From Candidatus Bathyarchaeota archaeon (GTDB lineage: Archaea > Thermoproteota > Bathyarchaeia > TCS64): a stretch of 64,000 nucleotides of DNA. The notes under the pieces were generated by a model, which made no database searches, was not told the origin of the DNA, and saw nothing but the letters and a program-made list of their open reading frames with translations. The position numbers and the translations under genes were made by a program. Below, in pieces: positions 10,110 through 20,108 of this stretch. Position 1 is the stretch's first letter, and each line of letters opens with the position of its first letter. The stretch is taken from assembly GCA_963769425.1 (NCBI GenBank), contig CAVYLP010000004.1:256001-320000 (forward strand), given 5' to 3'.

Positions 10110-11131
10110 GCTTTCCGAGAGACTAATTCACGGTACTCTTTTAGGAATTCCTCCCTCATCTCAGCCTTCTTCTTTGCTGGGAGGAAGCTCGTCTCGATCG
10201 AGTCGAGGCTTATCCTCATGAGCTCGTCAACGGAGAGGCCTAGTTGGCTGTTGAGTTGGAGGTACTCGTTGTTCATGTCCGTGTTGAACATTGGTGGGTC
10301 GTCGCTGTTGACGCTGACCTTGATGCCATGCTTTATGAAGTTCCTGATGGGATGCTCGTTCAGCGCCTTTATCGCCCCTGTCCGTAGGTTGCTGACAGGG
10401 CAAGTCTCGATCGCAATCCCTCTCTCCCTGATCTCCTTGAGGAGGGCTGGGTCCTTTACCGCGGTAGTGCCATGTCCTATCCTCTCAACGCCGAGGGTCT
10501 TCACGGCTCCCCAGATGCTCTCGGGTCCGGCTGCCTCCCCGGCGTGGGCTACGAGGTGGAGGCCGAGGTCCTTAGCCTTCTTGTACGCCTTTTCGTATGG
10601 CTCTGGGGGGAAGTCGTCCTCACTGCCACCGATGTCGATGGCGACGACGTTGTCTCCCTTCTTCTTTATCCAGTCGAGCTCCTTCATCGCGGTCACCGGC
10701 CCGTAGTTGCGGACGAGGTCAACTCTGATGGTGCAGGATATCCCGAATTTCCTCTTTGCCCGTTTGATGCCCTTGTTTACCGCATCGAGCATCTTGCCAT
10801 AGTCGAGGCCCCTCCTCACGAGGTCGTTCGGGGAGAGAATAGCCTCGACGTGCTTCACGTTGGAGGCAGCGTCGGATTCAAGCATCTCGTAGGTGATCCT
10901 CTCGAAATACTTCTCGTCAGCTATGCAGTCGTTCACGGTGCTGTAGACGGAGATGAAGTGGGGGAAGTCCTTGTACTGGAAGAATTGCTTGATGTCGTCG
11001 ATGGAGTTGAACTGGGTCTTGGCTCCGCTGTCCTCGATTATACCCATGAGGGTCTCCGGCTTTGTGGAGCCCACGATGTGTACGTGCTGCTCGAGCTTTG
11101 GGAGGCGCCTTATTGTCTCGGCTGTGTCCAT
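10106..11131 (-). CDS. add: Adenosine/adenine deaminase
   Basis: LPKLEQHVH, HAGE, RIGHG, CPVSN and NSDDP motifs. Confidence 0.9.
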   Translation of the reverse strand: MDTAETIRRLPKLEQHVHIVGSTKPETLMGIIEDSGAKTQFNSIDDIKQFFQYKDFPHFISVYSTVNDCIADEKYFERITYEMLESDAASNVKHVEAILSPNDLVRRGLDYGKMLDAVNKGIKRAKRKFGISCTIRVDLVRNYGPVTAMKELDWIKKKGDNVVAIDIGGSEDDFPPEPYEKAYKKAKDLGLHLVAHAGEAAGPESIWGAVKTLGVERIGHGTTAVKDPALLKEIRERGIAIETCPVSNLRTGAIKALNEHPIRNFIKHGIKVSVNSDDPPMFNTDMNNEYLQLNSQLGLSVDELMRISLDSIETSFLPAKKKAEMREEFLKEYRELVSRKA

Positions 11132-11153
11132 TACAGGGGATGGGAGCGCTCGA

Positions 11154-12374
11154 CTAATTAGTCTTCTTGAGGCCCCCGTAGGTCTCCTTAGTGAAGAGGA
11201 TCATGGTGGCGGTCATGATTATTGAGATGGCTATGATGACCATGTTGGAGTAGAAGTAGCCGCCCGTGGAGTCGACTGAGTCCCACCGTAGAATGGAGTG
11301 ATGAGAGAGTAGCCGATGGTGCCGAACCCGTTGACGAGGCCGAGGCCAATGCTCGCCTTGCTCATGGGCAGGACCTCGGGTACCATGCTGAAGAAGAGGA
11401 CCCACATGGAGGCGCAGAAGTTGATGCTGAAGCTGAGGGTTGCATAGAGGGGCACGGGGAGTCCGCCGGGTGAGAAGATGAACGTGGCGAGGAAGAGGGT
11501 GTAGAGGCAGGAGAAGATGATGAGGGGGAGCTTCCTCTTCCTGAGCCTGTCCGAGATGGCGCCCATGGCTATGCAGCCGGGTATGCCAGCGATGCTGCCG
11601 AGGCTCGTGATCGAGTCCGCCCTCGACGTAGGTGAGTCCCTTCGTCTCCATGAGGAAGAGGGTCATCCAGGAGTTGAGGACCCAGCCGAAGCTTAGGAGG
11701 AGGTAGCCGACGATGAAGGGGTAGATCCTCTTGTCGCGGAGGACCTCGCCGAGGTTCTTCATGAGGTTGCCGTTGGACTTTTTCTCGACGTGGTTCCCGT
11801 TGGGGTCGTTCTTGAGTATGAAGAAGTTCATCCCGATAGTTGACGAGGAGTATGAGGGCGACGAGGAGGTAGAGGTTTCTCCAGCCGCCGAACATGGAGT
11901 CGGCGAGGGGGAAGCCCATGTAAGCGGTGAAGTTACCGAGCCCACTGGCAGCGCTAAGTATCCCGATTGCGGTGGCCCGGCGCTCGATGGGGAACCACTG
12001 GGAGATGATGGCGACGAAGTTGATGTAGAAGACGCTGCAGCCGACCCCCATGATTATCTGGGCGACGACGAGCATCTCGAACCTGAAGCTGACCCAGAAG
12101 AGGAAGATACCGACGAGTGTGAGGGCGGTGAAGCCGAGGATGGTCTTGCGGGGCCCGAACATGTCGGTGAACATCCCCGCGGGGATCTGCATGATACCGT
12201 AGATGATGAAGAAGGCCGTGATGAGGAGGCCCATCGTGCCCTTGTTTATGTCGAGTTCCTGGATGAGAACGGGTGAGAGCGCCGAGGCGGCGGCCTTGAG
12301 CATGTTCTCGGCGATAGTAGGTGATGCAGATCGTGAGTCAGGACGACGAGGGCGAACCAGCGCTTGTTCTCCAA
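11154..12374 (-). pseudogene. MFS transporter with several frameshifts (pseudogene or assembly errors)
   Basis: Fragments in three frames join to MENKRWFALVV...GMFTDMFGPRK...WFPIERRATAIG...GAISDRLRKRK. Confidence 0.8.
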
Positions 12375-12460
12375 GGGGGCTCCACTTTCCCGTGTGGGAC
12401 GCTGAGGCGCTTCTTAAGGCTTCCCGACTTTGTCGGGTAAAAAAACTTATCATAAATACT

Positions 12461-13273
12461 ATGCATCTTGAAGGCGTGTCAACTGATAAGCGCGCGGAGA
12501 TAGGCGTCATAGGCGGGACGGGGGTATACGATCCTGAGATGCTGGAGGATCGGAGGGAAGTCAAGGTCTTCACCCCCTACGGTTCAACGTCGGATATGAT
12601 CACGTTGGGAACCGTGGGAGGGCGGAGGGTTGCCTTCCTCCCACGCCATGGTAGAGGGCACGTCATACCTCCCCATATGATCAACGCCAGGGCGAATATA
12701 TGGGCGCTCAAGGAGCTGGGTGTCAAGCAGGTCGTGGCATCAAGTGCGGTGGGTAGCCTGAGGGAGGATTATAAGCCCGGCGACTTCGTCCTCACCGACC
12801 AGTTCATAGACAGGACGAAGGAGAGGCCGGACACGTTCTACGAGGGGGGTCAGGTATGCCATATAAGCAGCGCAGATCCGATATGCCCGACCCTCCACGA
12901 CTACTTTCACAAGTACGCGAAGAAGCTCAAGCTCCCCGTTCACGATAAGGGAACGTACGTCTGTGTTCAGGGCCCGAGGTTCAGCACGAGGGCCGAGTCC
13001 AGGCTCTTCAGGCAGTGGAACTGCGACATAATTGGGATGACACTCTATCCCGAGGTCGTCCTCGCTCGTGAGCAGGAGATGTGCTATGTCACTGTGGCGA
13101 TGGTCACCGACTACGATGTCTGGGCGGATAAACCGGTGTCGACGGCGGACGTGGTCGAAACAATGCAGCGCAATGCAGCGAACTTCAAGAAGCTGGTGAT
13201 GGGCGCTCTCCCAGGAATGCCTGATGAACGTAGCTGCGGCTGCTGCGACGCCCTGAAGTTTGCGCTGATCTAG
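12461..13273 (+). CDS. mtaP: S-methyl-5'-thioadenosine phosphorylase
   Basis: GVIGGTG, PRHG, GPRFSTRAES and VTDYD motifs; start at 12461 or 12476. Confidence 0.92.
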   Translation: MHLEGVSTDKRAEIGVIGGTGVYDPEMLEDRREVKVFTPYGSTSDMITLGTVGGRRVAFLPRHGRGHVIPPHMINARANIWALKELGVKQVVASSAVGSLREDYKPGDFVLTDQFIDRTKERPDTFYEGGQVCHISSADPICPTLHDYFHKYAKKLKLPVHDKGTYVCVQGPRFSTRAESRLFRQWNCDIIGMTLYPEVVLAREQEMCYVTVAMVTDYDVWADKPVSTADVVETMQRNAANFKKLVMGALPGMPDERSCGCCDALKFALI

Positions 13274-13312
13274 CTGAGAACCTTCTTATCCGTTTCTGGC
13301 TCCGTTTATTCC

Positions 13313-14026
13313 GTGACCAAGCTCAATTACGTCTTCATGGTGCTGAAGGAGCACCCCTACGGTAGGGAGATGCTGAGGCAGCTCCTCGCCTCCGGATTCG
13401 AGCCTAAGGCGATCGTGGAGGAGGACTCGCCGATAGGAGACGAGGAGAGGGAGAAGTTCCTCACCCGCATCAAGGGCTTCCCGGTTGCGCCCACTTTCAC
13501 CGAGCAGCTCAGGGGTAGAAGCATTGAGCGCTACTCGGTCCCGCACCACAATAAGAGGGAGTCGCGTGAGCTACTGGAGGGACTGAAGCCGGATTTCATC
13601 GTCCTCGGTGGGACCAGGATCATAAAGCCCGCCATCATCAACATACCCAAGGACGGAATGGTCAACAGCCACCCTGGCCTTCTCCCCGAGTGCAGGGGCT
13701 CAGCAAGCGTAGCTTGGAGCATATACTTTGACATACCAATCGGATGCACTGTCCACTTCATCGACCCGAACATAGACACGGGGGCGATTATCAAGAAGCA
13801 GGTGATACCCGTCCACAAGGGAGACACCTACGAGAAGCTCTGCTGGGAGACGATCGCCCTAGCGGGGGAGCTGATGGTCTACGCGGTGGACCAGTGGACG
13901 AAGGGGACACTGAAGGGTGTACCCCAGCCCGTTGGGCAGGAGGCCCTCAAGGTCGCGCCACCGGACGTGCTCGAGGTCGTCTACAAGAAGCTCAGGGACG
14001 GTACCTACAAGCACTTCGTCGATTAA
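13313..14026 (+). CDS. Formyltransferase-family protein
   Basis: NSHPGLLP...RG and GCTVHFIDPNIDTG motifs. Confidence 0.8.
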   Translation: MTKLNYVFMVLKEHPYGREMLRQLLASGFEPKAIVEEDSPIGDEEREKFLTRIKGFPVAPTFTEQLRGRSIERYSVPHHNKRESRELLEGLKPDFIVLGGTRIIKPAIINIPKDGMVNSHPGLLPECRGSASVAWSIYFDIPIGCTVHFIDPNIDTGAIIKKQVIPVHKGDTYEKLCWETIALAGELMVYAVDQWTKGTLKGVPQPVGQEALKVAPPDVLEVVYKKLRDGTYKHFVD

Positions 14027-14116
14027 TGCACCTTAAGTGCACATTTTTACACATATTTGATTGTGAACGAGGCCGTTTTTAGGTTCCTTTTTAGAAAATA
14101 AACGATAAATTGGCTT

Positions 14117-14135
14117 GGAGGGGGTACCCCCCTCC
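14117..14135. terminator. Hairpin between convergent genes
   Basis: GGAGGGGG-TAC-CCCCCTCC followed by a T-tract. Confidence 0.5.
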
Positions 14136-14143
14136 CCTATTTT

Positions 14144-15772
14144 TTAGAATTCCGGTTTCGGCTTGCCGCGCTTCTTGTCGTAGCTGGCTTTGACGAGTCC
14201 GTAGTAGGGTGGGCTCGGCTTCCAGGGGCGGCTTTTGAACTCGGGGTGGAACTGGGTCCCGAAGAAGAAGTAGTTGCTCGGTATCTCTATCATCTCCTTG
14301 CGGCGCCCGTCGGTGCTCCACGCGCCGAAGACCACTCCGGCCTTCTCGAGGCGCTCCCAGTACTCGGGGTTGACCTCCCACCTGTGACGGTGGCGCTCGT
14401 GTACGAGCTCGGAGCCGTAGAGCTTGTGGGCAATTGTACCCGGCTTGATGTGGACTGGGTGTGCCCCGAGACGCATGGTGCCACCCATCTCGTTGACGCC
14501 CCTCTGCTCGGGGAGCAGGTCGATCACCGGGTTCGTAGTATGTGGCTCGCACTCAGTGCTGTCCGCGTCCTTCAACCCGAGGATGTCGCGGCTCATCTCC
14601 ACTAGGCTGAGCTGTAGCCCGTAGCAGATGCCGAGGAAGGGTTTGTCGTGGGTCCTGCAGTACTCGATGGTGCGCACCTTGCCGAGGGCACCGCGTTTAC
14701 CGAAGCCACCGGGGACGATGACGCCGTCGAAGCCCTCAAGCACCTCGACCTTCTCGGGGTGCTTCTCGAACTCCTCCGTCTCTATCCATTCGATGTTTAT
14801 CCTGCATCCGGAGGCCGCGGCGGCGTGGCGGAGCGCCTCGTTGACGCTGACGTAGCAGTCGCGCAACTCCGCGTACTTGCCGCACATGGCTATGCGTACT
14901 GATTCCTCAGGATCCTTGTACTTGGCGACCATCTTCCTCCAGTCGCTCCACTCGGCCTTCGGCTTGTCGAGGCCGAGATACTCGGCGACGACGTCCCCCA
15001 TGCCCTGCCCTTCGAGGACTAGGGGTAGCTCGTAGAGGGACTGGACGTTTACACTGGTGAAGACGGCGCGCTCCTCGACGCTGCAATAGAGGGCGATCTT
15101 CTGCTTGGCGCCCGCTGGGAGTTCGCCCTCCTCGCATCGGGCGGCGATGATGTCTGGCTGGAGGCCAATGGCGCGTAACTCCTTGACGCTGTGCTGCGTT
15201 GGCTTTGTCTTGGGCTCACCGACGGCTTCGAGGACAGGTACTAGTGTGACGTGTATTAGCAGCGTGTCGCCGCGCTTCTCCTCCTGCCTCATCTGGCGGA
15301 AGGCTTCGAGGAAGGGTAGACTCTCGATGTCACCGACTGTGCCTCCGCATTCAACGAGTACTACGTCTGCGCGGCTCTTCTCCGCGACGAGGCGTATGCG
15401 GCGCTTCACCTCGTCGGTGATGTGGGGAATTATCTGTACGCAGCGGCCAAGGAAGCCGCCTTCGCGCTCGCGGCGGATGACCTGCTGGTAGAGCTGGCCG
15501 CTCGTCACGTTGTTTAGCCCTGAGAGTTCGACGCCTAGGAATCTCTCGTAGGCGCCGAGGTCCATGTCCGCCTCGTATCCGTCGTCGAGGACGAAGACCT
15601 CGCCGTGGATGTAGGGGTTCATGGTGCCAGCGTCGACGTTGAGGTATGGGTCGCACTTTATGGCGGATACTTTGAATCCGCGTACCTGGAGCATCTTCCC
15701 GACGCTGCAGGTGACTAGGCCCTTTCCTATGCCGCTGAGCACCCCGCCAGTAATAAAAACGTACTTCGTCAA
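14144..15772 (-). CDS. pyrG: CTP synthase
   Basis: KYVFITGGVLSGIGKG, DPYLNVDAGTM, GICYG and QFHPEF motifs; TTG start at 15772 likely. Confidence 0.97.
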   Translation of the reverse strand: MTKYVFITGGVLSGIGKGLVTCSVGKMLQVRGFKVSAIKCDPYLNVDAGTMNPYIHGEVFVLDDGYEADMDLGAYERFLGVELSGLNNVTSGQLYQQVIRREREGGFLGRCVQIIPHITDEVKRRIRLVAEKSRADVVLVECGGTVGDIESLPFLEAFRQMRQEEKRGDTLLIHVTLVPVLEAVGEPKTKPTQHSVKELRAIGLQPDIIAARCEEGELPAGAKQKIALYCSVEERAVFTSVNVQSLYELPLVLEGQGMGDVVAEYLGLDKPKAEWSDWRKMVAKYKDPEESVRIAMCGKYAELRDCYVSVNEALRHAAAASGCRINIEWIETEEFEKHPEKVEVLEGFDGVIVPGGFGKRGALGKVRTIEYCRTHDKPFLGICYGLQLSLVEMSRDILGLKDADSTECEPHTTNPVIDLLPEQRGVNEMGGTMRLGAHPVHIKPGTIAHKLYGSELVHERHRHRWEVNPEYWERLEKAGVVFGAWSTDGRRKEMIEIPSNYFFFGTQFHPEFKSRPWKPSPPYYGLVKASYDKKRGKPKPEF

Positions 15773-15880
15773 GGGGGAGACCTGCCCATAATGAACCCAA
15801 CGTGCAATGGGGGCGATTATAAACCCTTCGAAGCGGTGCTGCACAGGCGTGTGAAATACCCCGATTCGTATGGGCTCGGG

Positions 15881-16411
15881 TTAAGCCTCCGTGAACTTCA
15901 GGATTTTCTCGACGGTCATCTCAGTAGAGCGCTTACCCGTAAGCTCCTCCAGCCTGATCTTACCGAAGACAACATTGCCAAGAGCATTTCCATCCCCACT
16001 GAACAGCTTCTGGACCCTAATCTTGACTCCTTCCGTATCCGAGCTTAGTCTCTCGGCGAAGAGGTTCATCACCTTCGCCTTCTCTGATGCGTCTTCGATG
16101 AACTCGACCCTGCCCGAGAACATAGCGGAGGCGTACATGTTAACGCAGGCTCCCTCCATGATGCCCTGGTCGACTACGACGACTCCCCAGGCACGAGGGT
16201 TCCTCTTGATGAACTCTATCTTCTTTCCCTCCTTGGCGCAGTGGAAATAGACTACGTTCTCTTTCTCGTCGTAGACATAGCCCATCGGCACGGCGTAGGG
16301 TTCCCCTCCATCGGCGAGGCTGAGTACGAAGTACTTCGAGTAGCGGAGGATTCGTTTGAGCGTCTTCGAGTCGTTGACCTCGCGGTCCACGCGTCTGAGG
16401 TGGAACTTCAT
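15881..16411 (-). CDS. Pyridoxamine 5'-phosphate oxidase-like flavin-binding protein (NimA family)
   Basis: RRVDRE, PYAVPM and YFHCAKEGKK motifs. Confidence 0.85.
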   Translation of the reverse strand: MKFHLRRVDREVNDSKTLKRILRYSKYFVLSLADGGEPYAVPMGYVYDEKENVVYFHCAKEGKKIEFIKRNPRAWGVVVVDQGIMEGACVNMYASAMFSGRVEFIEDASEKAKVMNLFAERLSSDTEGVKIRVQKLFSGDGNALGNVVFGKIRLEELTGKRSTEMTVEKILKFTEA

Positions 16412-16445
16412 GGCTGATGCTTGGGCGTCTCTGTTTGTAAAGCTT

Positions 16446-17981
16446 TCAGAGGAGGCTCTCAGCCGTCATCTCAGGGGGTTTCGTTATACCCATCAACTTG
16501 AGGATGGTTGGGGAGACGCAGCTTAGCCCCAGACCCCTCTTCAGTTTGACCATGCGTAACTTGGGGTCATCGGTGATTAGAATGAATGGGACCGGGTTTG
16601 TGCCGTGGCTCGGGTTCGGTTCCCCGTTGGGGTAGAACATGGTCTCGATGTTGCCGTGGTCCCCAGTGACGAGGATCGTGTAACCCTTCGTGAGCCCCGC
16701 GTTGACCACCAGCCCTAGGCATTCGTCTACCACTTCACACGCCTTGATCCCAGCGGGCATGTTCGCTGAGTGACCTACTAGATCCCCGTTGGCGTAGTTG
16801 ACGAGTATGAAGTCGTAGACGCCCTTCGATATCTCGGGTACTAGCTTCTCTGTTATCTCGGGGGCGCTCATCTCCGGCTTCTCCTCGTAGCTGGGGACCT
16901 TGGGGCTGGGGACGAGTATTCTGTCCTCGCCGGGGACGGGGTCCTCTATCTGGCTGTTGAAGAAGAAGGTGACGTGTGCATACTTCTCCGTCTCTGCTAT
17001 CCTGAGCTGCCTGAGACCATTCGCGGCGAGGATCTGGGCGAGGTTTTTCTCCACCGTATTCTGAGGGAAGGCGACGGGGAGGGCTAGGTGCTTATCGTAC
17101 CCGCTCATGCAAACAAAGTGGACGCGTGGGAACTTTTTGCGGGGAAAGTGGTCGAAGCCGTTCTGGGTCAGGGCGTAGGTGATCTGCCGTGCTCGGTCGC
17201 TTCGGAAGTTCCAGAAGATGATCGAGTCCTCGGCGTTGATGGTGGCGACGGGTTTTCCATCTTCGACTATGACGATTGGTTGGATGTAATAGTCGGTGGG
17301 GTCGCCACGCTGATAGGCGTGGTCGATGGCCTCCAGCGGGTCGGTTTCCTTCCACCCCTCGCCCTGCGTGAGGAGGTCATATGCCTTTAGGGTCCTGTCC
17401 CAGTTCGTGTCCCTGTCCATCGCATAGTAGCGGCCCACCATGGTCGCGATTCTGCCCACTCCCTTCTCTTTGATCTGCTTCTGAGTCTCCTCGATGAAGC
17501 CCTTAGCGGATCGCTCGGGTACGTCGCGGCCATCGAGGAAGCAGTGGATGAAGACATCCCCGAGGGTGTGGCGCTTGGCGAGTTCGAGGAGCGAGTAGAG
17601 GTGGAAAGTGGAGCCGTGGATGCCCTGGTCACTCAGGAGCCCCATGAGGTGGAGGGCGGAGCCCTTCTCCCTGCAGTTCTCGATTGCACTCAGGAGGGCT
17701 GGGTTCTCGAAGAATGAGCCGTTATAGATGGCCTGGTTGATCTCCTCAAAGGGTTGCCAGACGATCCTGCCGGCGCCCATCGTGAGGTGGCCCGGCTCGG
17801 AGCCTCCCTGCGTCCCCTCGGGGAGCCCCACGGCGTTACCGGTGCACTTCAGCAGCGTCCAGGGATATTTCTTCATATAGTTTGAGTCGTTGGGCACTTT
17901 TGCCTGCCTGACGGCGTTCCCGAACGTCTCATCTGAGAACCCCCAGCCGTCCCTGACCACGAGGATGACTTTCCCCGCCAT
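16446..17981 (-). CDS. gpmI: 2,3-bisphosphoglycerate-independent phosphoglycerate mutase
   Basis: DGWG, GRYYAMDRD, NFRSDR, AETEKYAHVTFF and DHGN motifs. Confidence 0.95.
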   Translation of the reverse strand: MAGKVILVVRDGWGFSDETFGNAVRQAKVPNDSNYMKKYPWTLLKCTGNAVGLPEGTQGGSEPGHLTMGAGRIVWQPFEEINQAIYNGSFFENPALLSAIENCREKGSALHLMGLLSDQGIHGSTFHLYSLLELAKRHTLGDVFIHCFLDGRDVPERSAKGFIEETQKQIKEKGVGRIATMVGRYYAMDRDTNWDRTLKAYDLLTQGEGWKETDPLEAIDHAYQRGDPTDYYIQPIVIVEDGKPVATINAEDSIIFWNFRSDRARQITYALTQNGFDHFPRKKFPRVHFVCMSGYDKHLALPVAFPQNTVEKNLAQILAANGLRQLRIAETEKYAHVTFFFNSQIEDPVPGEDRILVPSPKVPSYEEKPEMSAPEITEKLVPEISKGVYDFILVNYANGDLVGHSANMPAGIKACEVVDECLGLVVNAGLTKGYTILVTGDHGNIETMFYPNGEPNPSHGTNPVPFILITDDPKLRMVKLKRGLGLSCVSPTILKLMGITKPPEMTAESLL

Positions 17982-18077
17982 GGTATGCAGAGGGTTGTGC
18001 GGGATAGAAAAGGGTCACTCCCGCGGTGGAAGGTGATAAACCGGGGTTTGGCGATCAATGTTCCGAGTGTGTTCTCG

Positions 18078-19169
18078 ATGAAGATAACGTCGGTTGAGGC
18101 CAAGATCTACAATGTGCCCATCCACGTACCCATCATGGAACGGGACTATGATCGCCCTATAGTATTCGTCACCGTGGAGACGGACGAGGGTGTGACCGGC
18201 TACGGGCTCACCGGGGCGATTCAGCGTTCCGGGATCAAGGAGTTCATCAACAAGGAGCTCGCCCCCCTGCTGAAGGGAAAGAACCCCCTCGAGACCGAGG
18301 CCCTCTGGAACCAGATGTACGTCACCCACAACCCCCGCAGCCAGACGGGAATGTGGAGCTCAGCCGTGAGCGCCGTCGACATCGCCCTCTGGGACGTGAA
18401 GGGAAAGCACTACGGTGAGCCAGTCTGGAGACTGCTCGGCGGGGCGAAGAAGAAGGTCCCCGCCTACATCACATTCGGCCTACTAGAGTTTGACAAGGAG
18501 CAGCTCGCGGAGATGGCGACACGCTTCGTCAAGGAGGGGCAGGACAAGCTCAAGATGGTCGTTGCGATAAACGACGCGGATGACCCGGCTGAGGACGCCG
18601 CACGCGTGAAGGCGGTCAGGGAGGCGATCGGTGACAAGGTTCAGCTCATGATGGACGCCAACTACCTCTTCCCATTCAACAGGGCGCTCGAGCTGGCGAA
18701 GATGGTGGAACAGTATAGGATTAGCTGGTTCGAGGAGCCCCTCTATGGGAATGATGCTCGTCTGCTCGCCGACTTACGCAGGAAGACCAGCATCCCCATC
18801 TCCGCGGGGCAGAACGAGGGCTCCAAGTTCCGCCACCTCGAACTCCTCCTGAACGGCTCAGTAGACCTCCTCCAGCCAAACGTGTGCTACGTCGGCGGCT
18901 ACACGGAGGGGATGAAGGTGGCGGCGATGGCGCAGGCCTTCAACCTCCTGATAGCAAACGGCGGGGGCTGGCCCCACCACAACATGCACCTGCAGGCGGC
19001 GGCGCCAAACGGCTGGAGGGTAGAGTTCCACTACCTCATGTGGAAGGTGGGTGAGGCGATTTACAAGAACCCTCCAGGCCCGATTAGGGGGTGGGTCACC
19101 CTCTCCGAGGAGCCCGGACTCGGCCTCGAGCCTAGGGAGGACGCCCTGGAAGGTTACTTGGTAAAGTAG
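18078..19169 (+). CDS. Mandelate racemase/muconate lactonizing enzyme family protein
   Basis: SAVDIALWD, KLKM, MDAN, WFEEP and PGLG motifs. Confidence 0.9.
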   Translation: MKITSVEAKIYNVPIHVPIMERDYDRPIVFVTVETDEGVTGYGLTGAIQRSGIKEFINKELAPLLKGKNPLETEALWNQMYVTHNPRSQTGMWSSAVSAVDIALWDVKGKHYGEPVWRLLGGAKKKVPAYITFGLLEFDKEQLAEMATRFVKEGQDKLKMVVAINDADDPAEDAARVKAVREAIGDKVQLMMDANYLFPFNRALELAKMVEQYRISWFEEPLYGNDARLLADLRRKTSIPISAGQNEGSKFRHLELLLNGSVDLLQPNVCYVGGYTEGMKVAAMAQAFNLLIANGGGWPHHNMHLQAAAPNGWRVEFHYLMWKVGEAIYKNPPGPIRGWVTLSEEPGLGLEPREDALEGYLVK

Positions 19170-19207
19170 AAATAAGATGTCCCCATTAGGGGATGTATCA
19201 AAAAGGG

Positions 19208-20107
19208 TTACAGTGGGAGTTTCTTTCCGTCGACGTCTAGGAGCTGCCTCCACCTGTTGACGGCCTGCCCCTGGATGTACTCGTACTCGGAGTCATCGAG
19301 GTGCCTGAACCTTCCCTGGAGGCTTAGGGCCTCCCTGACGGGCTTTAACTCACGTGGCTTGTAGGTGAGCTTGAAGTTGTTGCCCTCGGTGACCTCGTAG
19401 AGGGGCCAGATGCCTGACTCAACCATGAGGCGCGCCACCTTTATGGTGCGCGCAGGGTCGAAGCCCCAGCCGGTGGGGCATGGGCTCTGGACGTGTAGAT
19501 ACTTGAAGCCCTTGATGCCCTTCGCGTACTGGAGTTTGCCGATGAGGTCGTTAGGGTAGGCGATGCTCGCAGTTGCGACGTATGGGATGTTGTGGGCCGC
19601 CATGATGAAGGGGACGTTCTTCTTGTTCGACCTCTTCCCCCTGCTCTCCGAGGCGACTGGCGTAGTGGTCGTGGACGCGTATATGGGCGTAAGCCCGCTG
19701 CGCTGTCCACCAGTGTTCATGTATGCCTCGTTGTCGGCGCATATCCAGAGGACGTTCTCGTTCCTCTCCGCCGCCGCGCTCATGGCTTGGAGCCCGATGT
19801 CGGCTGTTCCGCCGTCGCCGTAGAAACCGACGACGATCATGTCCTTGCCAACGGCTTCGAGGCCGTTAGTTATGCCGCTGATGAGTGCGCCTCCTCCCTC
19901 GAAGACTGTGCCCCTCCAGTAGAGAGGAATGCTCCCCTGGAGCGCGATCCAGATGCAGCCGGGGACGGATGTGTAGACTGTGTTCTTGCCGAGTACCTTG
20001 AACGCGATCCTGGCTAGTGTGGCGTGACCGCAGCCCTGGCAGCTGCTGTTGCCCATGGCCATGATCTCTTCGCCTTCTATGCGCTGGAATGCCGATGGTT
20101 TGCTCAT
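19208..20107 (-). CDS. 2-oxoacid:ferredoxin oxidoreductase beta subunit
   Basis: CQGCG, GDGG TPP motif, DNEAYMNTGGQ, SPCPTGW. Confidence 0.92.
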   Translation of the reverse strand: MSKPSAFQRIEGEEIMAMGNSSCQGCGHATLARIAFKVLGKNTVYTSVPGCIWIALQGSIPLYWRGTVFEGGGALISGITNGLEAVGKDMIVVGFYGDGGTADIGLQAMSAAAERNENVLWICADNEAYMNTGGQRSGLTPIYASTTTTPVASESRGKRSNKKNVPFIMAAHNIPYVATASIAYPNDLIGKLQYAKGIKGFKYLHVQSPCPTGWGFDPARTIKVARLMVESGIWPLYEVTEGNNFKLTYKPRELKPVREALSLQGRFRHLDDSEYEYIQGQAVNRWRQLLDVDGKKLPL

Positions 20108-20108
20108 C

